From assembly GCF_033153115.1 (NCBI RefSeq), contig NW_026889805.1:7874001-7938000 (forward strand): a stretch of 64,000 bases of DNA, written 5' to 3'. Under the pieces are notes generated by a model, which was not told where the DNA came from, searched no databases, and saw nothing but the letters and a program-made list of their open reading frames with translations. Of this stretch, positions 60,715 through 64,000 are shown piece by piece. The translations under genes were made by a program, and so were the position numbers. Position 1 is the stretch's first letter. Each line of letters begins with the position of its first letter. Source of the DNA: Saccostrea echinata (lineage: Eukaryota).

Positions 60715-63040
60715 TTGAGTCCGCCACACCCTCTGCCTGGTTACAACGTCTTTAAATGGTGGCCAACATTCCCTGGATGTTTCGACCCCCAGACCACGAC
60801 ATCCTCCAGTTGGTCAGCAATGGTGGCCATACCACTACTCCTTGGTTCGAGACAACCAGCTCGGCTCCTCTCGTTTGTGCCATACCTAGCATATCATTTT
60901 CCGCTGCCTCTGTCAGTTGTTATATAGCAGATTTCCGCAATAAAGACACCATTCTAAAGTCTGGAACACCTTTTACATTGACTGGACATGGAAACCCTCT
61001 CACACAACCTCGACAGAAAACATCCTTGACTTCCAACCCTTCTCCATGCATTTGCCATTAAGTCTGCATACTTTAATCTCTTCCTATTCCTAAGTCATCA
61101 GTGTTCCTTCCATGTAATTGTCAATTCTTTGACTACCAGAGTCCTGGTCTGATTGGACCATAGTCTCTCAGTCTGGTCGCAATGGTGTAACTACCTCTGA
61201 AAAGAAAAGATTCCTCCATCAAGATCCACCCTGTTTCCAGTATCCTCCTCCTATGTCAAGCACCGATAAAATCCATCCTTTGTCTTGCACCCTACCTGAC
61301 GAAGTTGATGAAATCAGACTTCTTGCTGCTGTTCCTCTTTCTTGTTTTCTCCTTCACCACCACATCAGTCAGTTCCCTAAGATTTTATCATGTCTCCACA
61401 TGTACCGGCCTTACATCACTGCAACCGAGCACGCAGATAAGATGTGGGCTATGGTACCCCTTTTCCTACAAAGCTTGCACTCAGGCTCTTCAGTAAGTCA
61501 CCACTGTTGTAGATTGGCTGTGGAAGGTAGTGTATCATACACCGATCCCGATGGCAGTAAAAACGCAATTCTGAATTGATCCATCTTCCATATGTCAGAG
61601 ATTTCATGTTTCTAGTGGAAGCTCCCATTTCATCCAAACCCCCTGCCTGCCGATGTTCTTCTAGCATCTTCAACCTCTCTTCACTTTTCCCTGAACCATG
61701 CTCCTCCTCTCGGTCTTATCAGCCTTGGTCCATTCCTGGAAATCCGTTCTCTGCCTTTGAACTTCTTGCCAATTATGCCCCACAATTTTAGCATGTTTTT
61801 TGCTTGATCTACTACTGAAACTGCCGACACTTGGCCCTGACCTTGGCTGTTTACAGCATCATGGACTTTTTGGTCAAATGAGTCTCGTAAGGTCATCACT
61901 AGTCTGTTTTAGCCACCTGGTTCCCTCTAATTACCGATGAAAGGGGTAATTGGATTTGAGAGGTCTTCCTATAGAGTCCAATTGAAGTAACCCTTGGTGG
62001 AACTCCTAATCATTTTCGGCAAGCCATTCACAGCTTTCTCCAAACCCTCTACTACTGTCATGGGCACCTCATAAATCAGCAACAACCACATCAGTCTCGG
62101 CAGGATTACATGGTGGTAAATCTAGGCTTTGTACTTTCCTGATAGATCGCTCTTGTCGACTTTTTTCCAGCAATAATGTTACATTAGGCTTTAGTTCCGT
62201 TGACTGGTTACTGTCTTTTAGTGATGAATCGAGCCACTTCCCAAAGCATTTTATACGGTTATCAACTGTCGTTAGAATCTTTTAACTTTGGACTTTTATC
62301 ATTTTGATTTCTTTATTTTAAACGGCATGCGTTCCCAAGTTACAGTATCCTCCAATGAAGTTTAAACCCATTGCTTGTATGTGTGTATGGCTGTAAAAGG
62401 TGAAATAAGGTAAATTCTTTATCCACACCTCTGGCACTCTTCCCCTTTTCCAGATGAGTCAGCACAGTGTACATAATTTCGAGCCTTTTTTAACGATGGA
62501 TGTTATCTGCTTCCATAATGGTTCGTTGCTATCTAATTCTGTTTCTGGTGATTCCTCTACAACATTCCTCGGACATAGTCCGATCTATGTATGTGGGTCT
62601 GAATCGGTTTCCCTCAGATGTCACTTTACTTTCTCTCTCGAGCATCACAATATGCCGGACCGTTTTTTGCCTAGCGACTCCTTTATTTTAACCTGAATGG
62701 ACCTTTCACAATACGTGCCCTGTCTCCAGTGCTTCGCCTCTTCATCCTCCGTGTGCTCTCTGCTCATCTCAGTCTTGTAAGCTGTGATCTAAAATCATCG
62801 TTCAGTATATATAACTATTCCCCTTTTCTGCACTTCTGAAGCCATCTTGAATAGCTTGTTCGAGTTGTTTCAGTTTTTCACGACACTTCCTGATCCTGGC
62901 CTTTCTCCTGTTGTTACCTTTATAAGTGCTCTTGATTTTTTAGCTTCCTCAATGCAAAATTCCGTTCCTTCCATGCAGGTGGATTTGGAGATGAGCCTCC
63001 AAATCCAAATCGAAGAAATTGTATCCGTTTTATGTTGATT
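60715..63040 (-). mobile_element. Decayed HERO-like (R2 superfamily, restriction-like endonuclease) non-LTR retrotransposon
   Basis: Minus strand reads DIWKMDQFRIAFLL...SVYDTLPSTANLQQW*...CKLCRKRGTIAHILSAC...GRYMWRHDKIL (CCHC knuckle plus RHD), then LRPD...ELT..W, RKRLKY and VEV..RGF, with stops and frameshifts. Confidence 0.85.
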
Positions 63041-63211
63041 GAATGCGTGCGATGACCGACAACCACACCAGCATTTAGGAAAATTATCGCTGTAGTGAAT
63101 CCTACTATGACACTGAAATAAATTTAAAGGTTAGAGTACAGAAACAGGTGCTGAAGTGGGTGATGTATTTTTTCCAAGATGACAGCGTACATGCCTTGTA
63201 TATAGAGTTTA

Positions 63212-63215
<4 letters not shown>

Positions 63216-63283
<68 letters not shown>
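63216..63283. repeat. (TA)n microsatellite
   Basis: Directly visible in the sequence. Confidence 0.95.
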
Positions 63284-63285
<2 letters not shown>

Positions 63286-63469
63286 TATGGTACGTTTTTT
63301 TAAACATGGTATTTCTTGCCTGAAAGTGTCAAAATATTTATTTTGAAACAACTTTTTAAGTGTTTTAAAAGTAGAATCAAAATTATACTAGTTTATTGTA
63401 CAATGTCGTCATTTAACAAAACCGGAAGACAAGCCCCTATGATCGATACAATGACATTGTTAGCAAATA

Positions 63470-63700
63470 CAATCTAGATCTATAATTAAGTCGAATGTTG
63501 ACTGGCGTATTTCATACAAATTTTTACACAGAATATTGTCTACGAATTTTTCCGTTTGCACGATCATGACGAGGAGAACACAGCGTGTGCGACAGGGGAT
63601 GCTTAGTCCTCCGTGGCACCTGATCCCACCTCTGCTCCCAGTTTGTATTGTTTCAATGGACTCTTGAGCTTGATTACTGTTCGTTATCTTTATATTTATG
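63470..63700 (+). mobile_element. 3' tail fragment of the Penelope-like element family
   Basis: Similar to 16285-16690, without the MITE insertion. Confidence 0.75.
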
Positions 63701-64000
63701 TATTCACCCCTCGAAAACCATGGCTGCGCCTCGGTTGATAATATCATTGCAGTCTCTATACTTTTAGACAATGCAACAAACCATTTACATCATTCATTTT
63801 CTCTCTCAAAAAAGCATCAGTTTGGTACTGATGTATCACCAGATTAGTTAAAGCATATACAATAATTTATAAATGTATGAACTGGACAGATCTCACAGCC
63901 GAACAGAAATGAATCGATCACATACGATGGATAAACTAGGCGGCCTACATTGCCTTGAACAGTTGAAGAAAGATTTTTTTAATCATTGTTGGATGTTCAC

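Overview
AT-rich, intron-rich animal DNA, most likely an oyster (Ostreidae). This is inferred from ~167-bp Cg170-type satellite arrays inside Helentron-associated elements and from bivalve-typical SINEs and Penelope-like relics. Most ORFs in the six-frame track are intronic noise or single exons. Splicing by hand (GT-AG, phase-checked) gives six genes: (1) the 5' part of a GABA-B receptor subunit 1-like gene (minus, runs off the left edge); (2) complete ZNHIT6/BCD1, a box C/D snoRNP assembly factor (plus); (3) a complete uncharacterised ~442-aa, possibly ciliary/testis gene with candidate alternative first exons (plus); (4) complete 19-exon ABHD16A (minus); (5) a 3-exon ~438-aa gene with a PD-(D/E)XK nuclease-like C-terminus, head-to-head with ABHD16A (plus); (6) the 5' part of a chitin synthase (plus, runs off the right edge). 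The most interesting signals are candidate box C/D RNAs in ZNHIT6 introns (one resembling U8), tandem amplification of splice junctions at four sites in ABHD16A that creates stop-containing decoy acceptors, and the nuclease-fold gene. Homology calls come from recalled family motifs; no searches were run.
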